The notes below the pieces were generated by a model. That model saw only the letters and a program-made list of their open reading frames with translations, was not told the origin of the DNA and made no database searches. Shown in pieces: positions 47,868 to 58,041 of a stretch of 64,000 nt of DNA. A program made the position numbers and the translations under genes. This DNA is from Kiloniellales bacterium (lineage in GTDB: Bacteria; Pseudomonadota; Alphaproteobacteria; Kiloniellales; JAKSDN01): the NCBI GenBank assembly GCA_041617155.1, contig JBFJPL010000001.1:18834-82833 (forward strand), written 5' to 3'. The first letter of the stretch is position 1, and each line of letters begins with the position of its first letter.

Positions 47868-48379
47868 GACAGTCGCTCGCGGTCCGGCGAGTCCCGGGTC
47901 GCGCTCTTTTCGAGCAGGGCTTTAAGCCGCGTGCGCTCATGATCGCTCAGCGGGGCCGCCGCTGCGGGCGGATTGCCACGCCGCGGGCGGAAGTAGCGCA
48001 CCACCGCGGCGCCGCCCAGCAGCAGGAGCAGCGCCGGGCCGAACCATAGCAGGTAGGTCGCCGGCTTGACCGGTGGACGCAGCAGCACGTAGTCGCCGTA
48101 GCGCGCGACCAGATAGTCGAGCACCTGCTGATCGCTGTCGCCGGCCGTCAGCCGCTCGCGCACCAGGATGCGCAGGTCACGGGCCAGCTCGGCATTCGAC
48201 GAGTCGATCGATTCGTTCTGGCACACCAGGCAGCGGATCTCGCGGGACAGCTCGCGGGCGCGGGCTTCCAGCGCCGGGTCGTCGAGCACCTCGTCCGGCA
48301 GCACCGCGCCACCCGGCATGGGGAAGAGCGCGGCGAGGGCAAACAGCAACAGGGCCAAGCCGAATGCTTTCAACTTCAT
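47864..48379 (-). CDS. ccmH: Cytochrome c biogenesis protein CcmH/CycL
   Basis: LSREIRCLVCQNESIDSS motif. The track start at 48580 is over-extended. Confidence 0.88.
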   Translation of the reverse strand: MKLKAFGLALLLFALAALFPMPGGAVLPDEVLDDPALEARARELSREIRCLVCQNESIDSSNAELARDLRILVRERLTAGDSDQQVLDYLVARYGDYVLLRPPVKPATYLLWFGPALLLLLGGAAVVRYFRPRRGNPPAAAAPLSDHERTRLKALLEKSATRDSPDRERLS

Positions 48380-48936
48380 CGTGCCAGGCTTTCGACCAGC
48401 GGCAGAATCGTATCCTCGAGCTGCTGCGGATGGATCGGCCCGATATGCTGATAGCGGATTCGCCCCTCGCCATCGATCACGAAGGTCTCGGGCACGCCCG
48501 AAACGCCCCAGTCGATGGCGGTGCGCCCGCTGCGGTCCACGCCGATCCGGGCGTAGGGATCGCCGAGCGACGACAGCCATTGGACCGCATCCGCCGTTTC
48601 GTCCTTATAGTTGATCGCGACCAGCCGGACCCGCTCCTCTTCGGCCAGGCGCATCAGCAGCGGGTGTTCGGCGCGGCACGGCAGGCACCAGGACGCGAAG
48701 AAGTTGACTAGGGTCGCCTGGCCGTCGCTCAGGTCCGCGGTTTGCAGGCCCGGTTTGCCGGTACCCTCGAGCGGCGCGAGGTCGAAGGCGGGGACCGGCT
48801 TGTCGACCAGCGCCGAGGGCACGCGGCTGGGGTCGCGCGCCGGATTCAGACCCCATAGGAAATAGCCGACGATCACGGCGAAAATCAGCGCCGGCAGGAG
48901 AAAAAACGCCCGGTTGCTGGTCACGGTCTCCGCCAT
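48376..48936 (-). CDS. ccmG: Thiol:disulfide oxidoreductase CcmG/DsbE
   Basis: NFFASWCLPCRAEHP thioredoxin motif and an N-terminal membrane anchor. Confidence 0.9.
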   Translation of the reverse strand: MAETVTSNRAFFLLPALIFAVIVGYFLWGLNPARDPSRVPSALVDKPVPAFDLAPLEGTGKPGLQTADLSDGQATLVNFFASWCLPCRAEHPLLMRLAEEERVRLVAINYKDETADAVQWLSSLGDPYARIGVDRSGRTAIDWGVSGVPETFVIDGEGRIRYQHIGPIHPQQLEDTILPLVESLAR

Positions 48937-48939
48937 GAC

Positions 48940-50919
48940 TTACGCCTTGGCCATGGTGGCGCGCCTGGCACGGCGCGTCGGCGCACCGATCCTGAGCCGC
49001 CGGTCGCTCAAGGAGACCGCGCCGCCCAGCACCATGACCAGACAGCCGATCCAGATCCAGGGCACCAGGGGTTCGTGATAGATGCGTACGGTCCAACCGC
49101 CGGCGCCGTCGGGGTCGCCGATCACGGCGTAGAGGTCGCGCAAGCCCGTGGTGTGGATGGCCGCTTCGGTGGTCGGCATGTTCTGCACCGGATAGAGCCG
49201 CTTTTCCGGCCTCAGCACAACGTAGGGCCGGCCGCCTCGGGTCACGGAGAAAGTCGCGGTATCGCTGGTGTAGTTTGGTCCCGGAAGCCGCTCGACGCCG
49301 TCCAGCCGGTAGCTGTAGCCGGCCAGCTCGACGCTTTCGCCCGGGCGCAGCACCGTGATCACCTCGCCCTTCCAGGCAGCGGAGGCGGTCATGCCGGCGA
49401 TCGCTATGGCCAGTCCGGCGTGCGCCAGGGTCATGCCGTAGGCCGATCGCGGCAGGCGGCGCGCCCGCGACAGACTCTCGCCGAGCGGCACGCGCAGCAG
49501 CTTCACCCTTTCGGCCCACTCGGTCAGCGTGCCGAAGAACAGCCAGGCGGCGAGCGCCATGCCGAGCACCGCGAGCACCGGCCCGCCCCGCTCGAGATAG
49601 AGGGTGGTGAGCCCGACCGCGACCGTGACGCCGGCGGCCAGCTTGAGCTTGGCCAGGACACCGGCCAGATCGGCCCGCTTCCAGGCCAACAGAGGTCCGG
49701 CCGCCATGGCGACCACCAGCGGCACCATGAGCGGCACGAAGGTCAGGTTGAAGAACGGCGCGCCGACCGAAACCCGGCCGCCGCCGAGCGCTTCCAAGAA
49801 CAGCGGATAAAGCGTGCCGAGCAGGACCGTTGCCGTCGCCGTTGCCAGCAGCAGGTTGTTGAGCACCAGCCCGCCTTCGCGGCTGACCGGCGCGAACAGG
49901 CCGCCGGGCTTGAGCGCCGGCGCGCGGAATGCGAAGAGCAGCAGCGAGCCGCCGATGGTCAGGCACAGCAGCAGCAGGATGAAGAGCCCGCGCGCCGGAT
50001 CGCTGGCGAAGGAATGGACCGAGGTGATCAGCCCCGAGCGGACGATGAAGGTGCCGATCAGCGACAACGAGAAAGCCAGAATCGCGAGCAGAATGGTCCA
50101 GACCTTCAGGGAATCGCGCTTCTCCACCACGACCGACGAGTGCAGCAGGGCGGTCGCCATGAGCCAGGGCATGAAGGAGACGTTTTCGACCGGGTCCCAG
50201 AACCACCAACCGCCCCAGCCCAGCTCGTAGTAGGCCCACCAGCTGCCCAGCGCGATGCCGGCGGTCAGGAAACACCAGGCGGCCAAGGTCCAGGGCCGGA
50301 CCCACCGGGCCCAGGCGGCATCGACCCGGCCCTCGATCAGCGCGGCGATGGCGAAGGAAAAAGCGATCGAAAGTCCGACGTAGCCGGTGTAGAGCATCGG
50401 CGGGTGGAAGGCGAGGCCCGGGTCCTGCAATAGCGGGTTGAGGTCGCGGCCGTCGAGCGGCGGCGGGAAGACCCGCTCGAAGGGGTTCGAGGTGAAGAGG
50501 CTGAAAGCCAGGAAGCCGACCGCGATCCAGGCCTGCACCGACAGCACGCGGGCGCGCAGGGTTGGCGGCAGGTTGCCGCCGAAGCTCGCGACCGCGGCCC
50601 CGAACAGGGCCAGGATCAAAACCCAGAGCACCATGGAGCCCTCGTGGTTGCCCCACACGCCGCTGATCTTGTAGAGCAGCGGCTTGGCCGAGTGCGAGTT
50701 GTTCACGACGTTCAGCACGGTGAAGTCGGAGACCACATAGGCCTGCATCAAGGCGAAGAACGCCGTGGCGATCAGCAGCAGCTGGAGAATCGCCGCCGGT
50801 TGGCCCAGCGCCATCCAGTTGTCGTTGCCGCGCGCCGCGCCGGCCATGGGCACGCAGCCCTGAACGAGGGCGACCAGCAACGCCAGGATCATGGCAAAGT
50901 GACCGACTTCGGGTATCAT
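48940..50919 (-). CDS. ccmF: Cytochrome c heme lyase subunit CcmF
   Basis: [12 protein letters not shown] tryptophan-rich motif, polytopic topology, ATGA overlap with ccmE. Confidence 0.92.
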   Translation of the reverse strand: MIPEVGHFAMILALLVALVQGCVPMAGAARGNDNWMALGQPAAILQLLLIATAFFALMQAYVVSDFTVLNVVNNSHSAKPLLYKISGVWGNHEGSMVLWVLILALFGAAVASFGGNLPPTLRARVLSVQAWIAVGFLAFSLFTSNPFERVFPPPLDGRDLNPLLQDPGLAFHPPMLYTGYVGLSIAFSFAIAALIEGRVDAAWARWVRPWTLAAWCFLTAGIALGSWWAYYELGWGGWWFWDPVENVSFMPWLMATALLHSSVVVEKRDSLKVWTILLAILAFSLSLIGTFIVRSGLITSVHSFASDPARGLFILLLLCLTIGGSLLLFAFRAPALKPGGLFAPVSREGGLVLNNLLLATATATVLLGTLYPLFLEALGGGRVSVGAPFFNLTFVPLMVPLVVAMAAGPLLAWKRADLAGVLAKLKLAAGVTVAVGLTTLYLERGGPVLAVLGMALAAWLFFGTLTEWAERVKLLRVPLGESLSRARRLPRSAYGMTLAHAGLAIAIAGMTASAAWKGEVITVLRPGESVELAGYSYRLDGVERLPGPNYTSDTATFSVTRGGRPYVVLRPEKRLYPVQNMPTTEAAIHTTGLRDLYAVIGDPDGAGGWTVRIYHEPLVPWIWIGCLVMVLGGAVSLSDRRLRIGAPTRRARRATMAKA

Positions 50920-51365
50920 TGGCTGCTCTCCCCATCGCGCCATTGGCCGGACTTCTTGAGCGCTTCGGCGACCTCAGGCGGCATGTAGTTCTCGTCGTGT
51001 TTGGCCAGCACCTCGTTGGCCACGAACACACCGTCGTCCCGCAGGCGGCCTTCGGCGACCACGCCCTGGCCCTCGCGGAACAGGTCGGGCAGGATGCCGC
51101 GGTAGGTCACCGGCACCGAATGCGCCAGATCGGTGACGCGGAACTCGATGGTGAGGCCGTCGCCCTGGCGGGTCACCGACCCCTCCTCGACCAGACCGCC
51201 GAGGCGGAAGGCCCGGTCCCGCGGCGGCGGTTGCTCGGCTAGGTCGCTGGGGCTGCGAAAGAACACCAGGCTGTCCTGGAAGGCGTTCAGCACCAGGGCG
51301 GCGGCCGCGAAGAGCATCACCATGCCGCTGCCGATCACGATCAGCCTGCGCTTTTTGCGTGTCAT
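50916..51365 (-). CDS. ccmE: Heme chaperone CcmE
   Basis: [12 protein letters not shown]...[14 protein letters not shown] includes the heme-binding His region. Confidence 0.9.
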   Translation of the reverse strand: MTRKKRRLIVIGSGMVMLFAAAALVLNAFQDSLVFFRSPSDLAEQPPPRDRAFRLGGLVEEGSVTRQGDGLTIEFRVTDLAHSVPVTYRGILPDLFREGQGVVAEGRLRDDGVFVANEVLAKHDENYMPPEVAEALKKSGQWRDGESSQ

Positions 51366-51559
51366 GGCGCGGCCTCGCCGCCGCGCCGGCCGCGTTCCGG
51401 CGCCGCGGCCTCGAGCGCGCGCAAGGCTTTCCGTCGCGCCCGCAGGTCGCGCCAACTGGAGACCGCGAAGCCGATCATGACCGCGGCGGTCAGCGCGTAG
51501 GCCGGCCAAATAAAGGCGCCATGCTCGCCCATCGCCAGGAACGTCTCGATCTCTTCCAT
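51362..51559 (-). CDS. ccmD: Heme exporter protein CcmD
   Basis: 65-aa single-TM protein ([18 protein letters not shown]), coupled to ccmE. Confidence 0.8.
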   Translation of the reverse strand: MEEIETFLAMGEHGAFIWPAYALTAAVMIGFAVSSWRDLRARRKALRALEAAAPERGRRGGEAAP

Positions 51560-51642
51560 CTAACGCCTTCCGTCGTCCAGCGGCCGGTACCGGACTTGTA
51601 TGCTCTCACGACCCTTGTGTCGGTGACTATAACATTCGTCGG

Positions 51643-52371
51643 TCACGGCGCATTCAGACCGCTCATGCTCAGGACCCGGACCCGCGCGGCGATCAATTCG
51701 CTCTTCACCCGTATCAGCAGCAGCGTGACGTAGTAAAAGGTGAAGCCCGTCGCCATCAGCAGCAGCGGCCAGAGCATGTCCGGATGTATCGACGGGCCGT
51801 CCAGGCGCAGCACGCTGGCCGGCTGGTGCAGCGTGTTCCACCACTCGACCGAGAACTTGATGATCGGCACGTTGACGAAGCCGACCAGCGCCAGGATTGC
51901 GGCGGCCCGGCGGCCCCGGACCGGATCGTCGAAAGCGTTCATCAGGGCCATGTGGCCCAGGTAGAGAAAAAACAGCACCAGCACCGAGGTCAGGCGCGCG
52001 TCCCAGACCCACCAGGCGCCCCACATGGGCTTGCCCCACAGCGAGCCGGTGGCCAGCGCCAGGAAAGTGAAACCGGCACCGATCGGCGACGAGGCCTTGG
52101 CCGCCAGATCCGCCAGGGGATGGCGCCAGATCAGTGCCACCGCGCTGGCGATGGCGATGCTGGTGTAGACGAACAGCGCCATCCAGGCGGCCGGCACATG
52201 GACATACATTATGCGCACGCTTTCGCCCTGCTGATAGTCCGGCGGCGCGACGAAAAGCGCCAGATAGAGCCCAACGGCCAGCGGCGCGACGGTCAGGAGC
52301 ACGCTCCAGGGCAGAACCTTGTCGGCCAGGCGCAGGAAGCGGGTCGGGTTGGCGAAGCGGTGCAACATCAT
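51643..52371 (-). CDS. ccmC: Heme exporter protein CcmC
   Basis: WGKPMWGAWWVWDARLTS WWD motif. Confidence 0.92.
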   Translation of the reverse strand: MMLHRFANPTRFLRLADKVLPWSVLLTVAPLAVGLYLALFVAPPDYQQGESVRIMYVHVPAAWMALFVYTSIAIASAVALIWRHPLADLAAKASSPIGAGFTFLALATGSLWGKPMWGAWWVWDARLTSVLVLFFLYLGHMALMNAFDDPVRGRRAAAILALVGFVNVPIIKFSVEWWNTLHQPASVLRLDGPSIHPDMLWPLLLMATGFTFYYVTLLLIRVKSELIAARVRVLSMSGLNAP

Positions 52372-52614
52372 GGCAGTGTTATAGATAGTGGAGAGCTGTC
52401 GCGCGGCAAAATTCTTTATTTCGGCGCGGCCTGCCCTGATCTAGCGCAAAACCCGGAACATTCGACGCGCATTTCGCGCGAATTGCCGTGACGTCCTGGC
52501 GATTCGTTAAGGATGTATAAAAAGGACTTATTAGTCGCTTTACGAGAAACTACTGGATGCCGAAAAGGCGTCCCTTCGCGGGCGCCAGAATAACTCTCGA
52601 GAGAGGAAGCCCTG

Positions 52615-52827
52615 ATGAAAAGCTTCGGCGCGTCCCTGCTGTTTCTTTGCCTTGCCATCATCGCGGTTGACATCGTCGGTTACAAATCCATGCTCCTGTC
52701 CTGGATGTACGGCTGGGGCGTCGACATAGCCTGGTGCGTCATCGCGGCGATCATCGTTCCTGGCAGCGTCATGTTCCTATTCGGTGACGAGTTGTCCGGC
52801 GGTTCTGCCGAACCCACCAGCAACTAG
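52615..52827 (+). CDS. Small two-TM membrane protein, 70 aa, hypothetical
   Basis: GAGGAAG SD 5 nt upstream of the ATG. Two hydrophobic helices. Lies in a lower-GC insert between ccmC and ccmB. Confidence 0.55.
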   Translation: MKSFGASLLFLCLAIIAVDIVGYKSMLLSWMYGWGVDIAWCVIAAIIVPGSVMFLFGDELSGGSAEPTSN

Positions 52828-52896
52828 CGAGGCCGCCCGCGCGGTTCGGCTCGGCAACGCGGCGCGCGGCCGCGCCCCCGGGCCGGTGCGGTGCCG

Positions 52897-53562
52897 TCAC
52901 TCCAGCGCCAGGCGCAAGGCCGCGGCGCTGGCCCAGGGCGCCAACGGCAAGGCCGCGAGCAGCAAAGCCCCTAGAATGCTGAGGTGGGGCTTGGCCGCGA
53001 GGCTTGCCAAGGCGGCGTCGATCGCGGCCACGGTAAAGATCAGCACCGAGATGCAAAGCGGCAGGACCAGCAGCAGGATCAGCACACCGCCGCGCCGCGC
53101 GCCGAGCGTGAGCGCCGCGCCGATCGCCCCGATCAGACTGAGGCTGGGCGTCGCCAGGGCCAGGGCGGCCAGCATGACCGGCAGGCCGGCCGCCGGCATG
53201 TCGTAGAGCAGGGCGATCAGCGGCGCGGCGACGATCAGCGGCAGGCCGGTGGTACACCAGTGGGCCAGCACCTTGGCCAGGACGATCACCTCGAGCGGCG
53301 CCGGCGAGAGCACAAGGAGTTCCAGATTGCCGTCCTCGTAGTCGGCCAGGAACAGCCGTTCCAGCGACAGCAGGACCGACAGCAGGGCGGCCACGGCGAT
53401 CACGCCGGGGGCGATGCGCGCCAAGAGGTTGGGCTCCGGCCCGACGGCGAAGGGGAACAGCGCGGCGCAGATCACGAAGAACATGACCACCAGGCTGGCG
53501 TCCGAGAGCTGGCGCAATGCCAGGCGCAGGTCGCGGCCCAGCACGCCGAGGAACGCGGTCAC
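52897..53562 (-). CDS. ccmB: Heme exporter permease CcmB
   Basis: FLGVLGRDLRLALRQ... with six TM segments. The GTG start overlaps the ccmA stop (GGTGA). The track ORF (to 54021) is over-extended. Confidence 0.88.
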   Translation of the reverse strand: MTAFLGVLGRDLRLALRQLSDASLVVMFFVICAALFPFAVGPEPNLLARIAPGVIAVAALLSVLLSLERLFLADYEDGNLELLVLSPAPLEVIVLAKVLAHWCTTGLPLIVAAPLIALLYDMPAAGLPVMLAALALATPSLSLIGAIGAALTLGARRGGVLILLLVLPLCISVLIFTVAAIDAALASLAAKPHLSILGALLLAALPLAPWASAAALRLALE

Positions 53563-54209
53563 CAGTCCGATTCCATCGCCGGGCCGGCGGCAAAGTCGTC
53601 GAGCGCCAGGGTTTCGGTTTGCCCGATCGGCAGGTCGCCGTGGGTCGAGGCCACGATCCGCCCGCCGTCCTTGCGATGCCGCGCGATCTCGCCGCCCAAT
53701 CGATCGAGCGATGCGGCGTCCAGCCCCACGCCCGGCTCGTCGAGCAGCCACAGTTCGGCGGGCGCGGCGAGCAGGCGGGCGAGCGCCAGGCGCCGCTTCT
53801 GCCCGGCGGAGAGCAGCCGTCCGGCGACGGCGGCCAGGTTGCCGAGATCGAACCGCGCCAGTGCGTCCGCCACGCCGTCGGCTGTCGCGCCGCGCAGGCC
53901 CGACCAGAAGACCAGGTTCTCGGCCGCGCTCAGAACCGGTTTGACGCCGTCCTGATGGCCCAGATAGTGCAAGCGGGCCCGGTGGTCCTCGGGCTCCGCA
54001 CCGACCGGCGCGCCGTTCCACAGCAGGGCGCCCGCGGCCGGCTTGAGCAGCCCCGCCATGAGCCGCAGCAGGCTCGACTTGCCGCTGCCGTTCGGACCGG
54101 TGAGCAGCAGGGCGCCGCCGGCCGGCAGCGAGAAATCGAGCCCGGCGAAGACCCGGCGCTCGCCGCGAATGCAGATCAGCTCACGGCCTTCGAAGAGGCT
54201 CATGCCCAA
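53559..54209 (-). CDS. ccmA: Heme exporter ATP-binding protein CcmA
   Basis: GPNGSGKSSLLRLMAGL, LSAGQKRRLALARLL, WLLDEP. Confidence 0.9.
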   Translation of the reverse strand: MGMSLFEGRELICIRGERRVFAGLDFSLPAGGALLLTGPNGSGKSSLLRLMAGLLKPAAGALLWNGAPVGAEPEDHRARLHYLGHQDGVKPVLSAAENLVFWSGLRGATADGVADALARFDLGNLAAVAGRLLSAGQKRRLALARLLAAPAELWLLDEPGVGLDAASLDRLGGEIARHRKDGGRIVASTHGDLPIGQTETLALDDFAAGPAMESDW

Positions 54210-54566
54210 AAGGTTCCAAAGGGTTGGGAGTCAAGGTGCAAGGCTGGTTCTCGGGCGGCGGCGCGGCGGGACGCCCGATATAGCAGATCACGGGGCGGCG
54301 GCCAAATCCGGCCTTTGGCGCGACGACCGGGCACTCTTGTGTTGGAAGGCAAGGACGGCCACCGGGGTCGGGGCCGGTGACCGTCCTAAGTTCCCAGCCG
54401 ATGGGGGGCAATTGGTAGAGGCCGGCTGGCCACCTCGAACAGAGAGGGGAAGTCTCCGTAACCATGAATATCGAGGTCAATTCTGGTCGGACTTAGCCGC
54501 AATTGGGGCGAAAATGTGATTTCTCCTGCACGGCAATTGGGAAGCGACCCGGCGCCGGCAGGCCCG

Positions 54567-55817
54567 CTATTCGTAGCTTCGCAGGTCGTCGATCACCTTG
54601 CCGTCGTTGGCCAATTCGCCGGGCTTGGCGAATGTCACGCCGCCTTTCACCTTGCACGCGGCCTGCAGCGTTTCGGCGATCGCCCGGGCCAGCGCTCCGC
54701 TGCCCTCGGCGACCTCGCAACGAAGCGTCATGACGTCGCTTTCGCCGTCGCGCTCGACCAAGAGCCGCGCCTTGACGATCTCCGGGTGCCGCTTGACCAC
54801 GACGTCGATCTGTGCCGGCTGCACGAACATGCCCTTCACCTTGGTCGCCTGATCGGCCCGCCCCATCCAGCCCTTGAGCCGCATGTTGGTGCGGCCGCAG
54901 GCGCTGGCGCTGGGCAGCACGGCCGACAGGTCGCCGGTCGCCAAGCGGATCATCGGGTAGTCGGGGTTGAGGGTGGTCACCACCACCTCGCCGACCTCGC
55001 CGTCGGGCAGGGGGTCGCCGGTGCCGGGCCGCACGATCTCGACGATCAGCCCTTCGTCGACCACCATGCCCTCGCCGATGCCGCCGTCCGGCGGCAGGCT
55101 TTCGTAGGCGATCAGGCCGAGGTCGGCGGTCGCATAGCACTGCAAGGTGGTCACGCCGCGGTCGAGGTATTCCTGGCGCAGCGACGGGAACAGCGCACCG
55201 CCGGACACCAGCGCCCGTTTGATGCTGCTGCAGTCGAGCTCGAGCTCGGCGCCCTTGTCGAGTAGCACCTTGAGAAAATCGGGTGTTCCGGTAAAGCCGC
55301 TCGGGCGCAGGTGGGCAATGGCCTGGACCTGCTGCTCGCTGTTGCCGACGCCCGCCGCGATCACGGCGCAGCCCAGGGCCCGGGCGCCGCCGTCGAGCAT
55401 CCAGCCGCCCGGGGTCAAGTGGTAGGCGAAGCTGTTGTGCACCAGGTCGCCGGCGCGGAACCCGGCGGCGTGGAGCGCGCGCTCGAGCCGCCAGAAGCCG
55501 CTGTCGGCCGACTCCATCTCGTAGATCGGTCCCGGCGAGACGAAGATCCGCCCCGCCGGGCCGGCGTTCAGGCCGCCGAACGGCGGGTCGTCCCGTTGCA
55601 GCGCGATCAGGTCCGACTTGCGGGTGACCGGCAGCTGGGCCAGCGCCGCGCGGTCGGTGACCGCCGCCGGCTCGACGTCGCGCAGGATACGCGCGAAGCC
55701 CGGTGCTTCGGCCTTGGCGTGGGCCAGCTGGCGGCGCAGGGCGGCCATCAGCTCGGTCTCGCGCGTCGCCGGATCGCGGGTTTCCAGAGCGTCGAAATGG
55801 TCGGCCGCGCCGCTCAT
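54567..55817 (-). CDS. Phenylacetate-CoA-ligase-like adenylate-forming enzyme (PaaK/F390-synthetase family)
   Basis: About 416 aa from the ATG at 55817 (ATGA overlap with the upstream ATPase). PaaK-like FTGTPDF, YATADLG and TLNPDYPMIRLATGD motifs. Confidence 0.78.
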   Translation of the reverse strand: MSGAADHFDALETRDPATRETELMAALRRQLAHAKAEAPGFARILRDVEPAAVTDRAALAQLPVTRKSDLIALQRDDPPFGGLNAGPAGRIFVSPGPIYEMESADSGFWRLERALHAAGFRAGDLVHNSFAYHLTPGGWMLDGGARALGCAVIAAGVGNSEQQVQAIAHLRPSGFTGTPDFLKVLLDKGAELELDCSSIKRALVSGGALFPSLRQEYLDRGVTTLQCYATADLGLIAYESLPPDGGIGEGMVVDEGLIVEIVRPGTGDPLPDGEVGEVVVTTLNPDYPMIRLATGDLSAVLPSASACGRTNMRLKGWMGRADQATKVKGMFVQPAQIDVVVKRHPEIVKARLLVERDGESDVMTLRCEVAEGSGALARAIAETLQAACKVKGGVTFAKPGELANDGKVIDDLRSYE

Positions 55818-56629
55818 GCCAGCCAGCGCTTGCGGCGTTTGTAGTGCTTGACGTCGCGGTAGCTCTTGCGTCCGCCGGCCGAGAGCCCGAGGTAGAATTC
55901 CTTGACGTCCTCGTTGCTGGCGAGCGTCTCGGCATCGCCGTCGAGCACGACCCGGCCGCTTTCCAGGATGTAGCCGTAGGTGGCGTACTTGAGCGCCATG
56001 TTGGTGTTCTGTTCGGCCAGCAGGAACGACACGCCTTCCTCGCGGTTGAGCCGCTTGACCGTGTCGAAGATGGTCTCGACCAGTTGCGGAGCCAGGCCCA
56101 TGGAGGGCTCGTCCAGCAGGATCATCTGGGGCCGGCTCATGAGCGCCCGGCCGATCGCGCACATTTGCTGCTCGCCGCCGGAGGTGTAGCCGGCCTGCGA
56201 GGAGCGCCGCTCCTTGAGCCGCGGGAAGTAGCCGTAGACCATTTCCAGATCCTGCCGGATCGCGGCCCGCGCGCCGCCCCGGGTGTAGGCCCCGGTCAGC
56301 AGGTTTTCCTCGATGGTCAGGTGTTCGAAGCAGTGTCGTCCTTCCATGACCTGGATGACGCCGCGCTTGACCAGGTCGTTCGGCGTCAGCTTGTCGACCC
56401 GCTCGCCGCGGAACTCGACCGAGCCCTTGGTCACCTCGCCGCGCTCGGCGTGCAGTAGGTTGGAGATCGCCTTCAAGGTGGTGGTCTTGCCGGCGCCGTT
56501 GGCCCCGAGGAGGGCGACGATACCCCCCTCGGGAACCTCCAGCGAAACACCCTTGAGCACCAGGATCACGTGGTCGTAGATGACCTCGATGTTGTTGACG
56601 CTCAAGAGCGCGGACCCGTTGGCCGACAT
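55814..56629 (-). CDS. Branched-chain-type ABC transporter ATP-binding protein (LivF-like)
   Basis: GANGAGKTT, SGGEQQMCAIGRAL, LLDEPS. Confidence 0.88.
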   Translation of the reverse strand: MSANGSALLSVNNIEVIYDHVILVLKGVSLEVPEGGIVALLGANGAGKTTTLKAISNLLHAERGEVTKGSVEFRGERVDKLTPNDLVKRGVIQVMEGRHCFEHLTIEENLLTGAYTRGGARAAIRQDLEMVYGYFPRLKERRSSQAGYTSGGEQQMCAIGRALMSRPQMILLDEPSMGLAPQLVETIFDTVKRLNREEGVSFLLAEQNTNMALKYATYGYILESGRVVLDGDAETLASNEDVKEFYLGLSAGGRKSYRDVKHYKRRKRWLA

Positions 56630-56667
56630 GAGGTTCTATGCCCCTCTCGTTGGTCGCCGGCGACGGA

Positions 56668-57978
56668 TCAGCTGCAGTTGCGCGGCGTGATGTTGTTCTC
56701 CTTGGCGTAGGCCTCGGAGTCCTCCTCGATCAAGGGTCCCGTCGTGTCGCGCAGTGGATCGTAGAACTTGCTGACCACGCTCCAGGTCTTGGCCTTGGCA
56801 TCCCAGCGCTGCAGCGCGACCTTGCCCGGACCTTCGTGGTTCTCGCAGGTGATCTCGATCGGGTAGGTGAAGCCTGGCAGGCCCAGTTCGGTCAAGCGCG
56901 TCTCGTCGACCTTGAGGGCCTCGAAGCCGTCGCGCACCATGGTGCCGTTGAGGTTCTTGGTCTTGTGGATCTGCATGGCGTTGCGGATCGCTTCCGAAGT
57001 CCACATGGCCGCGACCAGGCCGCGGTTGTACAGCACTTCGCCGATCCGGTCGCGCTCGCCGGCGCCCTTGCCCGCGTCGTAGACGTAGTGCTTGATCGCG
57101 TCATGGGCCGGGAAGCCGTCGCCCGGGGCGTGGAAGGCGCCCGAGAGATAGCCGTCCGCGGCCTCGCCGGCCGGCAGCACGTCGTTCTCGGAGCCCGACC
57201 ACCAGACGCCGATGAAGTGGTCCATCGGATAGCGGATCGAGGCGGCCTCCTTGATCGCCACCTGGTTCATCACGCCCCAGCCCCACATCAGCACCCAATC
57301 CGGGCGCTCGCGGCGGACCTGCAGCCAAGTCGCCTTCTGCTCCTGGCCCGGATGGTCGACCGGCAGCAGCATGAGCTCGTAGCCCAGCTTCTCGGACAGG
57401 CTCTCCAGCGTGCGGATCGGCTCCTTGCCGTAGGCCGAGTTGTGATAGACCAGGGCGACCTTCTTGCCCTTCAGCTTGTCCATGCCGCCTTCCTGGTCGC
57501 CGATGTACTGGATGAAGGCGGTCGCCTGGCTCCAATAGGTGGCCGGGAAGTTGAACACCCAGGGGAAGATTCGGCCGTTGGCGGCCGAGGTGCGGCCGTA
57601 GCCCATGGAAAAAATCGGAATCTTGTCCACCGCGGCTTTCGGGATCAGCTGGTAGGTGATGCCGGTCGAGAGCGGCTGTACCACCAACGCGCCGCCTCCG
57701 GCGTTCTTTACGTTTTCGTAGCACTCGACGCCCTGCTTCGTGTTGTAGGCCGTCTCGCACTCGATCAGGTTGATCTTGGCGCCCTCGATGCCGCCGTCAC
57801 GCTCGTTGAGCAGCGTGAAGTAGTCGGCGTAGCCGTTGGCGAAGGGTATGCCGTTCGGCGCGTAGGGGCCGGTCCGGTAGACCATTGAGGGTATGGTGAG
57901 TTCGGCTGCGCTGGCCATTACCGGCGCGGCCAGGACCGCCGCGGCGACGAGTCCTTGTGTCAGTCGTTTGAACGTCAT
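56668..57978 (-). CDS. ABC transporter substrate-binding protein (LivK/Leu-Ile-Val-binding family)
   Basis: Signal peptide MTFKRLTQGLVAAAVLAAPVMASA after an AGGAGAA SD. Periplasmic-binding type I pattern. Confidence 0.85.
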   Translation of the reverse strand: MTFKRLTQGLVAAAVLAAPVMASAAELTIPSMVYRTGPYAPNGIPFANGYADYFTLLNERDGGIEGAKINLIECETAYNTKQGVECYENVKNAGGGALVVQPLSTGITYQLIPKAAVDKIPIFSMGYGRTSAANGRIFPWVFNFPATYWSQATAFIQYIGDQEGGMDKLKGKKVALVYHNSAYGKEPIRTLESLSEKLGYELMLLPVDHPGQEQKATWLQVRRERPDWVLMWGWGVMNQVAIKEAASIRYPMDHFIGVWWSGSENDVLPAGEAADGYLSGAFHAPGDGFPAHDAIKHYVYDAGKGAGERDRIGEVLYNRGLVAAMWTSEAIRNAMQIHKTKNLNGTMVRDGFEALKVDETRLTELGLPGFTYPIEITCENHEGPGKVALQRWDAKAKTWSVVSKFYDPLRDTTGPLIEEDSEAYAKENNITPRNCS

Positions 57979-58041
57979 GGTCTTTTCTCCTTCTCTTGTG
58001 TTGCCTCCCCGGGAAGGGGCACCCGTGCCCATTCCTCGGAC

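Noticed and set aside
52436-52449. FNR-like sequence CTGATCTAGCGCAA (reverse strand TTGCGCTAGATCAG) between ccmC and the 70-aa ORF.
   Set aside because: It has three mismatches to TTGAT-N4-ATCAA, including two in one half-site, so it is much weaker than the six boxes reported. I kept it only as a note.
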